Assembly: GCA_965203295.1 (NCBI GenBank)
Contig: CBDBCZ010000013.1
Location: forward strand, 128,001-192,000
DNA: 64,000 bases
Direction: 5' to 3'
Source of the DNA: Nitrospirales bacterium
Lineage (GTDB): Bacteria > Nitrospirota > Nitrospiria > Nitrospirales > UBA8639
Part shown: positions 55,401 through 64,000 of the stretch, piece by piece
How positions within the stretch are numbered: the stretch's first letter is position 1
Layout of the letters: every line of letters begins with the position of its first letter
The notes under the pieces: model-generated
Told to the model about the DNA's origin: nothing
The model's database searches: none
The model's input: the letters and a program-made list of their open reading frames with translations, nothing else
Program-made: the position numbers and the translations under genes

Positions 55401-58400
55401 GATTTTGTACGTATACCATGTCTTGAAAGCACTTTAAAATCATTCACAATTGGTTAGTCAACCAGTTCTAAACATTCATTTAAACAGATATGTATGGTCT
55501 TCCAATAAAAAAGACTTTCATCATTTAGTCATGAAATTTTAGAGCTTAAATCCTCTTTCAATATGGGAAGATTTTACCCATTTATAGTACAAAAATGACT
55601 GAGGAAGGCTGAAAATTACTGAAAAGTAGAGAAGGCCAGATTTACACTAATGCTGGGTACCATCATAACTAGCAAAGGTTGAACTTTCGTACAATATTTA
55701 GATCGTACACAGATGTGCCTTCCTGTCAGAGGTATGAATGCAGACATGAAGTTCCATTTTTGGCCCTTCCCAACCCTCTGGCACCGCCATGAGGCCCATA
55801 TACATAGCTAAATAATACACAAACACAATATCTTATTTTAGACTGTACTCCTTGCTTGCATGCATGTAAGCCTGGGTTCACTGGTATGATGTGCTCCAAC
55901 CAGCTAGTGCATGGTGTATTGGATACATAGTGATGACACATTTGCAAGAGTTATTAAAGGAGTTCTAGCATCAAGCATTTTAAGTGCATTATGTTCTGAA
56001 GGAATTGAGTGGTTTACAGGAAACACAAAAGGCTTGGTTTTATAGACCACCAGTTAGAGTGAGTGGTCAAACAAAGCAACCCTATAATAGTACACAACTA
56101 TGGCATACTTTGCTTGTAGTTTGATTGGTGTTTTACAATATAATATACTCCACTTGATATATTCATACTGTATGCAGATCATGCATGAAATCCTCTAACT
56201 AGAGGTACATACTATAGATTTCATATCAACTTACCATCATTGTCAGTAATGGAGATACTCGCAGAAGAAATTTGCAACAGAATTTGTCCCCTAGGGTTGT
56301 TTTGTGGACTCAAAGCAACATTGAATACTTCCTCAACTTCAACCAATGTGTCATCAATGATCGTAATATCAAAACACTGTGGTGTCAACAGGTTAGAGGA
56401 ATCAAAGGTCAGAGTGAGGACTGCTGGTGAGGCAGTCCATTCATAGTCCACACCGCCACCTTCGTGAAAAGAGGTAACACATTTAATACATCTATACTAA
56501 TAATGGATATATCACAGTAAAATAGTATCAATACTAACGTGCACATACCAATCGCTGTTCCATCAGATAGTGATAGGTCAACCTCAAAGGTTTCACCAGC
56601 AATGTCATTCAGGTCTCCAGTACCCACTGAACCTGAAACACACACCTCCACAGTAGGAACACCTTCAGCTGCATCATAGCTGGTTGCATCAAGGGTCAGA
56701 AAAACGGCAGCTACAAGTACAGAATGGTATGAATACAATTACATGCTTAGCTGCCAGAATGCATATGATCTCATGCATATTCCTGAAACACAATGTCTTG
56801 AATGGTGAATTTTTTGCCCAACATGCGGCAAATGCCCCGAGTGGTTCCAAAAGTATCCTAAGCGACAAATCTTGTAAGGTAAAAGGAGGGTAACTTCTGA
56901 CACGTAGGTAAGTTCGGACACTTGCTAGGGAACGATGTACGATATACAGTGCATGACACTGTACATCGTTTGCTAGCGAGTGTCCGGAGTTAGCTGCAAT
57001 AATAAACACGTCCAAAGTTACTCCCATTTACCTTACCAAATCAATCCACTTACATACGTTTTGTTTCTACTGAACTTTAATGGTTTTGATAGAAAAAAAA
57101 ATGAACCCCAAAACGGGGTCTGATAGAAATTTTGATCAAACTTGCTGTAATTTCGCGAGACCTGTATATTACTTGAATATTCCTGGAAACGCGTTTTAAC
57201 ATTGCGCAATATACAGGAAAATGTGTCGTTACGTAATCAATTAAGTAATAACAACTCGTTTTCTTGTCTCAACTTCCGAAAAGGTAGGCCTGCTATTATT
57301 CCATGTAGTTATTACAGCGCCCAGGTACAACCATACAAGATAGTAGATTAGAAGGTAGTAGTTACTTCTACGTACTCTACTATCTATGGTATAACCGAAA
57401 GTGTCAGTGACTTTTAGCACGTCAAAGCTTTATTTGATGGCAAGCAGGGTCTATTTACAGAGTCCCACAAACCTCTCCTGTCCTGTATTTGACAAGGGGA
57501 AAATGGCACTATTCAATGTGGTTCAAACGTCTTTGTAACTACAATAAATAGACTTAAAATTGTACACATCCAGCCCATATTGTCAGCACTCCAATCTAGG
57601 CCACTAGAGGCATTGGAATGTTCGTGAATCTCATAAACCATAAATTTCTCACCATATCTCCTTTTAGAAACTAAATGTCAAAAATCCTTTCATATAACCT
57701 TTCCTAGTTACCTCCCAACGATCACAACGGTATAGGTTTTGCCCCCACTGTAACCCTTCCTTCGTACAAAACATTATTCATCTATTGCTCCAGTGAATAA
57801 ATGAATATAGCTAATATTATCTTTCCCGGGCTTGCTTGCACGCTCAGGCTGGCAGAGTTTCAGTGAGGCTGCAACACTGCAGTTCCTGGAGCGACCATGT
57901 CTCGTTGTGATTGGGGTCTCTTCGGAGCTAGGGAGAGATTTTACCGCTCGGCTCCTAGCAGGGCTCTGACGACACAGTCATTTGTAATTAACGAGACGTG
58001 AAGTTGCAGTGCACTGCCAGTGATTGAGAACACACCGAACATTTTTTACTACTCTGTGGAGCTGTACTGTAGCAGGGACTAGCTACTCTGCTAGCCTGTT
58101 AACTGGAAGAGTGTGTTTGCTAATAGATGAGTCCTACCACAATAGAAATAAGGGACGAGAAGGTTAGGCTTGGTTTTCTGGTTTGTGGGTGGAATGTGAG
58201 AATCTGTTCGAAACTCTATCATAATATCGTCTGTGGCATTATGCGATTATATATGCCAAAGCGGTTCACCAGAAGTAGACTTCTTGAAAGAGGGAGCCTA
58301 TGCTGATTTCCAGTCGACTCTTGAAGCATGCACTGAGAAATGAAGCTTCTAAAGAGAGCTGGCATGGGCACACACAAGCGACAAGCAGTGCTACTGACAA

Positions 58401-60353
58401 AGGAGTTACTATGAGGGACCATTCTTCACCGGCACTACTGAACAGTGTCTTTTCTTTTTTCAATGGCGTTTGAAGCTCTCAGAAGCGGTGATGAGCACTG
58501 ACGATTGTGCTTCAAGAATCGCCAAATTCAAGTGGTGGAGAAGCTAAGAGAGTGAGCCTGCCCTACAATGTACACAGAGGACTCCTCTAAGAACAATCAA
58601 GGATTACTCAAAGGCCGTAAGCTCAAGATACGTAAAAGAAGTCTTTCACCACAAAAACAAAGACCACTCCTTCCAGGTGCCAGTATACCTATTCTGGCTC
58701 TACAATAGCCTATATATGCCCTAAAGATCGTCCAGAAGCTTTTTCTACCATTACATTTTACACTACTTATGGCAAGGTCTAAATTTAATATACATTACCA
58801 TGGCAACCACTTGCCCCCCCCCCCGCTTATAGCACTCAAAGGAGGGCGCACACAGGGATCATTGCTATACCAATGTATATTAAATCAGTTAAAGAGCGAG
58901 CGATTGAACTTTTTGGCTTTGCCTCGGACTTTAAACTCCCCTAGGCCTCACCCAAATTCCTTTAACTATTACTATTCTAAACTGTATTATGTATTCCCAT
59001 TCAGAAGACCTGTTTTATATATACACTATATTATTACCAGCTCGTAGTTGCAGGTGTCCCAGCAAAAAAGTTGAATTTCATAAAGTGCGTTGCTTTACAG
59101 GAAATCTGGTATTTCAGGTACAGGGTAGTATAGAATAGGGCAAAATTTCAAGGAAATTCTAATACTATAATACCCTGTATCTGAAATACCAAGTTTTCTG
59201 TAAAATTTCCTTGTAACATATTTGAGGACGTTCCACACTCTTCCTTGTGTGTAATAAGTGTAATCACAGTGTAATAAGAACCATACCATAATAATGAATA
59301 TAAACACCCATGAATGGCCAACCACATTGTTGTATTCAGTGAAGTATAGTGTCAGTGTATATTAAAGTCATAGCCCAAATAAAAACGCCAATAAATGTCT
59401 TCTGGCCGGGACAAATGCGTGTCGTTACCAGGTTCAGGGCGAGAGTTATGGAAGATCAGGGTTAAGGCAGATGAATTGATGCATAAAAAAATTGGGCCTG
59501 GTGCCCCTCACTTTAGCTACTTTTGTGAAAAGTGGGTCCGGGAACGTAGGTAGCTCATGGTTAGGGCCAGGCGCATTTTTTTTGTTTCTGCCTAAAAAAC
59601 AAAGTGACTGTTTGCTCAAAACTGTATAGAGTGAATATAGCTACTTACGTATGCAGGAGCCAAAGATAGGATCTCCAGCTAGATCCGGTGTCAATCCAGA
59701 CAGACAGTTTCCACAGTTTTGACCAAACTCAGTAGTGACGCATTCTCGTGTGTAGTCACAGTCTCCGTAGTAAGGGAGTCGGCACTTGCCTGCAAAATAT
59801 AATATACGCAGCTTAATATTACAAATGTACGGTTACATACATGTAGATCCAATAGATCTTACGCGCATGTATACGCGTTCTTTACATGGGATGGATCAGC
59901 GTTTCGGATCGTGAGTCGGGATACAACGTACTTTCGCAGATTAGACTTCTTTCGTCCTCTCCACTAGTGCAATTGTTGAAACCATCGCAGAGGGCCTCCA
60001 ACTGAATGATCTCCCCACCCGTGCACCGAAACTCCCTCGGGTTTCCGAATATTCCGGTGCCTGCATGTATACCAGATATGAGAGAAGGGGCAGTTCATTT
60101 AACAGTCAGCCGCATGCAACTTACAGTCCAAGCTCGCAAACTGAGTTCCTTCGTCTAAACCGCCAACACAGTCGGCAGTTCCGTCGCAGAGCTGATCCGT
60201 CGTGAGACAGTCGTTTGGATCGTCCGGAACAACCGGGTTGAAACAGGAGAGATTGTCCTCCCCGCACGGCAAGGCATTGCCCACGGCCATGTTCTGGCTG
60301 TCAACGCGCTGGAGCAACAGGAGCACCAGCGAAAACACTAGCCATCGCTTCAT
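4330..60353 (-). CDS. Gene A (about 92 exons): giant type I membrane protein, SP-LDLa x2-EGF-Calx-beta x2-sushi/CCP x~82-EGF x7-Cys-rich-TM-short tail; about 5,800 aa if all exons are joined
   Basis: Exons delimited by canonical AG/GT sites join in frame from ATG (60353) to TAA (4330-4332). Summed coding length is about 17,421 nt, divisible by 3. Domains recognised from Cys spacing and motifs in the translations. Confidence 0.85.
4575..4770 (+). repeat. Dispersed repeat, inverted copy at about 57585-57765
   Basis: Shared gaagga.ggg.t.acag, gatatggt.agaaa, gattcacgaacattccaa and tagtggcc. Confidence 0.6.
5178..5540 (+). mobile_element. Same HINE-like family, copy 2
   Basis: ggctggtcctaagattg...gcacttatcac...cagcactttcgctgtactgc...aaaggttcccggctgttttt aligns with 35008-35460. 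Confidence 0.7.
5689..5803 (-). CDS. Gene A transmembrane exon
   Basis: cctacag|...|gtatgt; GIIIGSTFAVILLLLVVCCLAIFIFCGYF followed by the basic stop-transfer RKSRK. Confidence 0.88.
6269..7213 (-). CDS. Gene A EGF exon: 7 EGF repeats (6 calcium-binding type) + Cys-rich stretch + stalk
   Basis: caacag|ATATAGGGTGC ... |gtaag, 945 nt; repeated DIDEC....PCQNGATCVNNDGSF.CNC..GFEG.LC; covers ORF 6261-7088. Confidence 0.92.
10448..17666 (-). CDS. Sushi exon block I (3' end of array): 12 divergent exons including two internally deleted 168-nt exons
   Basis: 10448-10630, 10861-11028 (168), 11338-11520, 12164-12331 (168), 12542-12730 (189), 12941-13123, 15306-15488, 15681-15863, 16070-16258 (189), 16441-16623, 16953-17135, 17484-17666. 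Confidence 0.85.
11695..12078 (-). mobile_element. Same HINE-like family, copy 3 (inverted), with (CAAA)n tract
   Basis: Reverse complement carries ggctggttctaagattg, gttcgcacttatcacg and agtcagcactttcactgtac. Confidence 0.7.
14990..15190 (+). repeat. Dispersed repeat also present at about 55640-55845
   Basis: Collinear ctgggtaccatcat ... ccatttttgg ... ctggcac ... cttatt.tag in both places. Confidence 0.6.
17887..34039 (-). CDS. Sushi exon block II: 35 exons (CDNP/CDDP...GDVATYTCNVGFE type, with 189-nt VPESC-type variants)
   Basis: Low-coordinate ends: 17887, 18306*, 18685, 19531, 19943, 20344*, 20785, 21185*, 21573, 21976, 22376*, 22770, 23165, 24085, 24488, 24983, 25358*, 25746, 26693, 27097, 27513, 27893, 28300*, 28686, 29089, 29484, 30601, 30994, 31395, 31888, 32268, 32681, 33081*, 33470, 33857 (* = 189 nt, others 183 nt). 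Confidence 0.9.
19036..19462 (+). mobile_element. HINE-like element (GGGCGAGCGTGAGCGAGCCC family)
   Basis: 5' GGGCGAGCGTGAGC and 3' GCTCACGCTCGCCC subTIRs, (CGTA)n tract, CTAG end; splits the conserved intron motif atgatt|gacacat. Confidence 0.75.
23518..24042. mobile_element. Tc1/mariner (pogo-like) MITE with TA target duplication
   Basis: TIRs CCGTAGAGTACGTATCAAG / CTTGATACGTACTCTATGG flanked by TA on both sides; sister introns have the uninterrupted ggtaggtgtttacac. Confidence 0.85.
26085..26630 (-). mobile_element. HINE / DINE-1-like non-autonomous Helentron element
   Basis: Minus strand starts TTACCCCGCGG with a nearby inverted copy, contains a (GTCC)n microsatellite, and ends with subTIR CCGCGGGGT, hairpin GTCTCT..AGAGAC and CTAG; no TSD; empty site gcaa|caacaaacc seen at about 29021. 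Confidence 0.8.
30027..30580. mobile_element. About 550-bp insertion flanked by TTAA (piggyBac/Kolobok-like MITE?)
   Basis: Absent from sister introns (27061-27090); TTAA on both sides; terminal inverted repeats are weak. Confidence 0.5.
35008..35460 (+). mobile_element. HINE-like dispersed repeat (ACCAGCC...GGCTGGTCCTAAGATTG family), copy 1
   Basis: 5' hairpin ACCAGCC..GGCTGGT, GTTT/GTCT tract, shared cagcactttcgctgtac and aaaggtgcctggctgttttt; homologous to 5178-5540 and 11695-12078. Confidence 0.7.
36387..45634 (-). CDS. Sushi exon block III: 23 highly homogenised exons (CQDP...GDMAAYTCNSGFE...AQFQPVPPTC type)
   Basis: Low-coordinate ends of 183-nt exons: 36387, 36776, 37189, 37619, 38065, 38480, 38901, 39293, 39708, 40120, 40512, 40926, 41346, 41738, 42153, 42558, 42979, 43390, 43801, 44222, 44633, 45044; plus 45455-45634 (180 nt). 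Unit of about 390-450 bp with similar introns. Confidence 0.9.
46478..54451 (-). CDS. Sushi exon block IV (5' end of array): 12 divergent 183-nt sushi/CCP exons
   Basis: Exons 54269-54451, 52800-52982, 52383-52565, 51952-52134, 51415-51597, 50983-51165, 49200-49382, 48763-48945, 48338-48520, 47248-47430, 46819-47001, 46478-46660; each C..P....NG......GD.ATY.C..GFELIG.....C.......F.P.PP.C between AG and GT. Confidence 0.88.
47684..48127. mobile_element. MITE with about 22-bp TIRs
   Basis: TAGCCTTGTACCCAGGTACATT / AATGTACCTGGGTATAAGGCTA; no clear TSD. Confidence 0.7.
49510..49985 (+). mobile_element. Degenerate copy of the same HINE-like family
   Basis: gagcgtgagcgagccccacactagtgtgttcaat start shared with the 19036 element; gctcatgctcgtccc near the end. 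Confidence 0.6.
50197..50270. repeat. Perfect 26-bp inverted repeat (mini-MITE-like)
   Basis: TAAACCACCCCCTAGACGCGTTTACC / GGTAAACGCGTCTAGGGGGTGGTTTA with a 22-nt spacer. Confidence 0.9.
53499..53610. repeat. Two adjacent perfect inverted repeats (28-bp and 20-bp stems)
   Basis: 53499-53526 / 53531-53558 and 53563-53582 / 53591-53610 are exact reverse complements. Confidence 0.95.
54610..54828 (-). CDS. Gene A exon 7: Calx-beta domain 2, C-half
   Basis: 219 nt; GADYTATTAILTFESG...VNVPIIDDGVVEGNETLNIRI...ITIINDD. Confidence 0.9.
54995..55141 (-). CDS. Gene A exon 6: Calx-beta domain 2, N-half
   Basis: 147 nt; VGTFSLMPTTYTVDEDVGDAVVVVEYTGG...GSTATG. Confidence 0.85.
56235..56459 (-). CDS. 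Gene A exon 5: Calx-beta domain 1, C-half
   Basis: 225 nt; DYE...LTF...CFDITIIDDTLVEVEEVFNVAL...ISITDND is the Calx-beta signature (IIDD..E..E.F...L...I.DND). Confidence 0.9.
56549..56710 (-). CDS. Gene A exon 4: Calx-beta domain 1, N-half
   Basis: 162 nt, phase 1-1; VFLTLDATSYDAAEGVPTVEVCV...VDLSLSDGTAIG matches the Calx-beta start pattern. Confidence 0.85.
59649..59789 (-). CDS. Gene A exon 3: EGF-like six-cysteine domain
   Basis: ttttgcag|...|gtaag, 141 nt; KCRLPYYGDCDYTRECVTTEFGQNCGNCLSGLTPDLAGDPIFGSCI. Confidence 0.85.
59932..60060 (-). CDS. Gene A exon 2: LDLa repeat 2
   Basis: catgcag|...|gtacgt boundaries, 129 nt; CTGIFGNPREFRCTGGEIIQLEALCDGFNNCTSGEDERSLICE. Confidence 0.88.
60125..60353 (-). 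CDS. Gene A exon 1: signal peptide + LDL-receptor class A repeat 1
   Basis: MKRWLVFSLVLLLLQRVDSQ (hydrophobic signal), then C..CF...CL...QLCDGTADCVGGLDEG (LDLa motif); donor GTAAG, phase 1; 229 nt. Confidence 0.9.
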
Positions 60354-61029
60354 GACTTTGCGTCCTATAACGAACTTCAGCGCGTTATAGCTACCCAATT
60401 GAACTGTAAAAAAAATAAACTTATCCAATAAATGCAGACGATGTAATGAGAACGAGATTTAGAGGCGGCAACGCCCTTTTTGTGTATGAGGCGAGCGCTA
60501 TCATGTAACGAATGAATATTGGTCAGTTCTGCTCTTTATCCGCATGGCAATCTCTGATAAAAATACACAATGCAATTTTAAACAGGCTGCTTTGTTTACA
60601 ACGTCATTGGCTATACAAGATACAGCACGTATTTCCGCGATTATAGGCGCCGCTGCTATATATACATGTACATTCACAATTAAATCTTAATATATTATGC
60701 ATATAGGGCTTATATTGTAGGAGATCCGTGTATGCATTTTTCGGTTAAATTGTGAGAACGATAACCATGTATGCAGTGGTTAGTTAACAGATGAAACTGG
60801 TGAAATAATGTGCTGCAATTGGGAATGAGCACATGCATGTGGAGGTTCAGACTCATCATGAAATAAAAATAGACCCCACGCGTACAATCCCTAGCTCAAT
60901 TAGGTTATGTACATGTGCACGTGATTACACGTGCTGTAGCTAGCACAATGAATAATAATCCAAGTGCAGACAATGGCCTAGCTGCATGAATATTGGCTGA
61001 GTTTACAACTCTAAATGTTGCATCATGAA

Positions 61030-61795
61030 TAGGCCCTGATGGATTATGCTGGCATAATTTTGAGAACAATAGGTAGTAAAAAGAATTAAGAATTATTCGA
61101 GAATAATAGGTAGTAATTTTGCTCCAAAAAAAAATAATGGGTAAGTTTTGGAGTCACATGAATCGTGTGTGTCGCATCCCTTTCCAGATTATGATTGTCA
61201 ATAAATTCTTCCGGTGGAAAATAATTATTTTGCTACAAATAATTGCTGGCATAATTCCATGTTGCTGTATAATGATGGTTTGTAAGTTTCTTCATAGTGT
61301 GTCACTATAAATGGCTTCTTCCGGACCAGTTTTGGTTCACTTTTAAATCTGTATTATTTTTGAGAATAATAGGTGAAAAAAAGAATAATAGGTAAATGAA
61401 AAAAATAATAGGTAAGACTTTCAAGGATAAAAGAATAGAAAAATAAGCAATATTTATGAGAATAACGCGGGAATAATCGGGGATAAAAATGAGAAATTCA
61501 GGAAGAGTCCACTCTACCAGCTTGGGCTGAGGCAGCAAAATAAGTGCTAGTAGTGCAGCCCTCTTCTGCTGCTGCAGAGCACATAATTATTTTCTCTTTT
61601 GATACTTTCCTTGTACGTGCATGTTCATACATACAGCTTGTAAAAGTCGCATACATAAATTTGATTTTGGTTGATTATTTGAGAATAATTTGAGAATTGT
61701 AGGATGAAGTTGTGAGAATAATGGGTGATTCTTTGGGGAAGTTCCCAGAAGAATAATAGGTAAATTCTGGAGAATAATAGGCTCAGGCCTACTAC
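61030..61795. repeat. A-rich degenerate MITE-like repeat cluster (ATTATGCTGGCATAAT / GAGAATAATAGG motifs)
   Basis: Multiple copies of gagaataataggt and gctggcataatt; related motif at about 3488-3550. Confidence 0.45.
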
Positions 61796-62060
61796 TGGCT
61801 TCAGTTTTGACATAATCAGGACAAAACTGATGTTGTTTCCGTAGGTAATGGAACTGCACACATTTAGCTAAGTGTACAAAATCATATCCTCGCCTTTTTG
61901 CATGCATGCATGCATGCAGCACACTGCAAAAATGCCAGTGCTGCAGCGCTGAGACAGCACGCAGAAAAGCCGAGTGTTGTTCAGTAGATCACGCGTCATG
62001 TCGCAGCTAGTGTAGAGGCGGAGCCAGTCTCGTGCCCAGACGTTGGCTCCTCCCCAGAGG

Positions 62061-63784
62061 TAGTCTCGTGCCCAGCCCCACGATAGGAAGTGGTCTGGCT
62101 CGCCGTATATTCGAAGTTGGGTTAGCGATACATCACCAAACGGATGATGTCCATGTGGCCATTCGTGTAGATATTCGGATACTGCAACCGTTTAGTGATG
62201 TAATACTACTAGTGATACGCAGGGCATAGTGGGGCGAGCCTTCGCGAAGCATGTGGTGACAATGAGGAAAAGTGTGCATGTACAAATTCTTTAGAGTCTG
62301 TGAAGTGATAGACTGAGATAAAAATTTGAATACGTGTAACTTGAGGAATGAGAATTTGTCTAAAGTGCATTCCTGTCAGTATGTTCTATGCTCTCTAAAG
62401 AACCTCGATTGCGCGAGAATACGCGAGAAGACCGTGACGTCATCATATGTGTACATAGCTATAGCTAATTAGTACTTTGACCGCTGCATGCGTTGGGACG
62501 ACTTCGACCGCTGCGCACGTTGGGATGCTCTGACAGCCGACGGTATTATAATGATGGCCTCAAATCAGCACTTCGAGCGCGCTCTATTGCGAAGGTTAGT
62601 GGCTGTATAGTCCTGTAAGTGCAAACCATGCACAGCTGTATCTGCTACGTTAGACAAACTACGACGATGTGCATTAAATGGAGTCAGTTCCATTCGCCTA
62701 CATGTACATGTGCTGATGTGGGTAAGCTTATGGTTTTGTAATTGTTTGCAGTCTCTCCTTTGAGTTACTGCCTCCACATGGCTTAGGCAGAAAACTACTG
62801 TCAAAATCTTGATCAGGCTACTGCCACTGGCAGATCATGCTCCACATTCTATATGGTAGCTATACTAGTCTCGTTCCCAGACCCTCCAAAAAATTTCGAC
62901 GGGGCATGTGTGGCGGGTCTGGGAACGAGACTATAGCTATACTACATGGACATTACATAATACATGCTTTGGCTTCTAAAAGAAATGTAGTGTGCACACG
63001 TTCTATACACTGTGACGAGTCAATTTTCAACACTGACATGTGGCTTAGACAAAAGCACTGCTTCATTGGCAGGAGATGCTATACTGTTCCATGCAAATCA
63101 CATAGAGGTCACACTTTTCATTTCTATCTGTACAGAGTGAGCGAGTTGAACACGCACAAGTACTTGCGCGAGCGAACCGAGCACAAGTACTTGTAATGAT
63201 GATAATAATACAGACAGAAATGCAGAGTCAACTCGCTAGTGCTGGCTCGCCCCAATTAAGGGTACAGTCGTCAATTAAAGCAAACAAGACGAGCATACCG
63301 GTACCCTTACAGGAATAAAGTGGATAGTCTGGAGGGAGGTCTGGGCACCCCTATGTTTGCCAGCAAGTAGGTAGAACAACAGAATGGCCAAATGCGTGCA
63401 TCATCAAGCCCCATAGTGTTTGGGGGGTGAAGATGGGGGACCCAAGCTGGGGCCCCCAACGGCCCAGACCAGATCACGTCACTTTGAGATGGAGTAGCTT
63501 ACAGTATCTAAACATCCACAATTCCAGGAAAGGGTAATGTAATCGCTTGATGGTAGTGTGTGGTGGGAGGGTGGGAGAAGCAAAGTAACAACAGCAAGAG
63601 CGCTAGCATGCAACGTGAAATTGGCTGCTTAATAACTCACGTGCCTACATCCGGTGCACGTGCGGCGCGTCACCATTAAGCTAGGGGATCCAGAGAGCTC
63701 CCTCCATTAACTACAGTACGTTTAACTTTGGATTAAACTCCATTAAGTAACCACCTTCCTAACGTGGGGCTGGGTACGAGACTA
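62061..63784. mobile_element. Non-autonomous DNA transposon with about 30-bp TIRs
   Basis: TAGTCTCGTGCCCAGCCCCACGATAGGAAG / CTTCCTAACGTGGGGCTGGGTACGAGACTA; no transposase ORF and no TSD seen. Confidence 0.65.
62866..62933. mobile_element. 68-bp MITE with 9-bp TSD nested in the larger element
   Basis: TAGTCTCGTTCCCAGACCC / GGGTCTGGGAACGAGACTA flanked by the direct repeat TAGCTATAC (62857-62865, 62934-62942). Confidence 0.85.
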
Positions 63785-64000
63785 CTGACTCTGACTTCTG
63801 GTTCGCCGAATTTCGAAGAGCTGTTGCACTGAATTTAATGCGAACGCCCAAAAACAAACAGCGAAATAATCATTATAGTAAAATAATAATTCATACAGTT
63901 TGTGTTTATAGTGATAGTCATGTAAGCAACAAACATCTGTATGGCCTAGTGTCCCTAAAATAAGCTAATAACGGTAATGTGGGAAGACACTATCAAGCAA

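Noticed and set aside
58219..59325. Short ORFs in gene A intron 3
   Set aside because: No domain signal and no counterpart in gene B intron 3.
4330..60353. Assigning a gene symbol such as SVEP1, CSMD, CR1, NOTCH or LRP
   Set aside because: Only individual domains are shared; the defining domains of those families (vWA/pentraxin, CUB, LNR/ankyrin, YWTD) are absent and CR1 lacks the LDLa/Calx-beta/EGF parts.

Overview
Eukaryotic, intron-rich, AT-rich animal DNA; a demosponge origin is my inference from the Calx-beta/sushi/EGF architecture, short introns and MITE/HINE content. Almost the whole window is one minus-strand gene (ATG 60353 to TAA 4330) that I reconstructed by hand from GT-AG boundaries. 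Its order is: signal peptide, 2 LDL-receptor class A repeats, 1 EGF-like domain, 2 Calx-beta domains, about 82 single-exon sushi/CCP modules (10448-54451), 7 EGF repeats plus a Cys-rich stretch in one exon, a transmembrane helix and a short tail ending in a class I PDZ-binding motif (STKV). If every exon is used the product is about 5,800 aa. Every sushi exon is phase 1-1, has a length divisible by 3 and appears open, so any subset can be skipped or deleted in frame. The array shows exon birth (trimer and hexamer higher-order repeats) and death (remnants of deleted exons). A near-identical tandem paralog starts at 1803 and runs off the left edge. Introns carry several MITEs and Helentron-type (HINE) elements, and a cluster of perfect hairpins lies in the intron at the entrance of the array. 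Coordinates and counts are manual and may be off by a few bases or one or two exons; no expression data are available.
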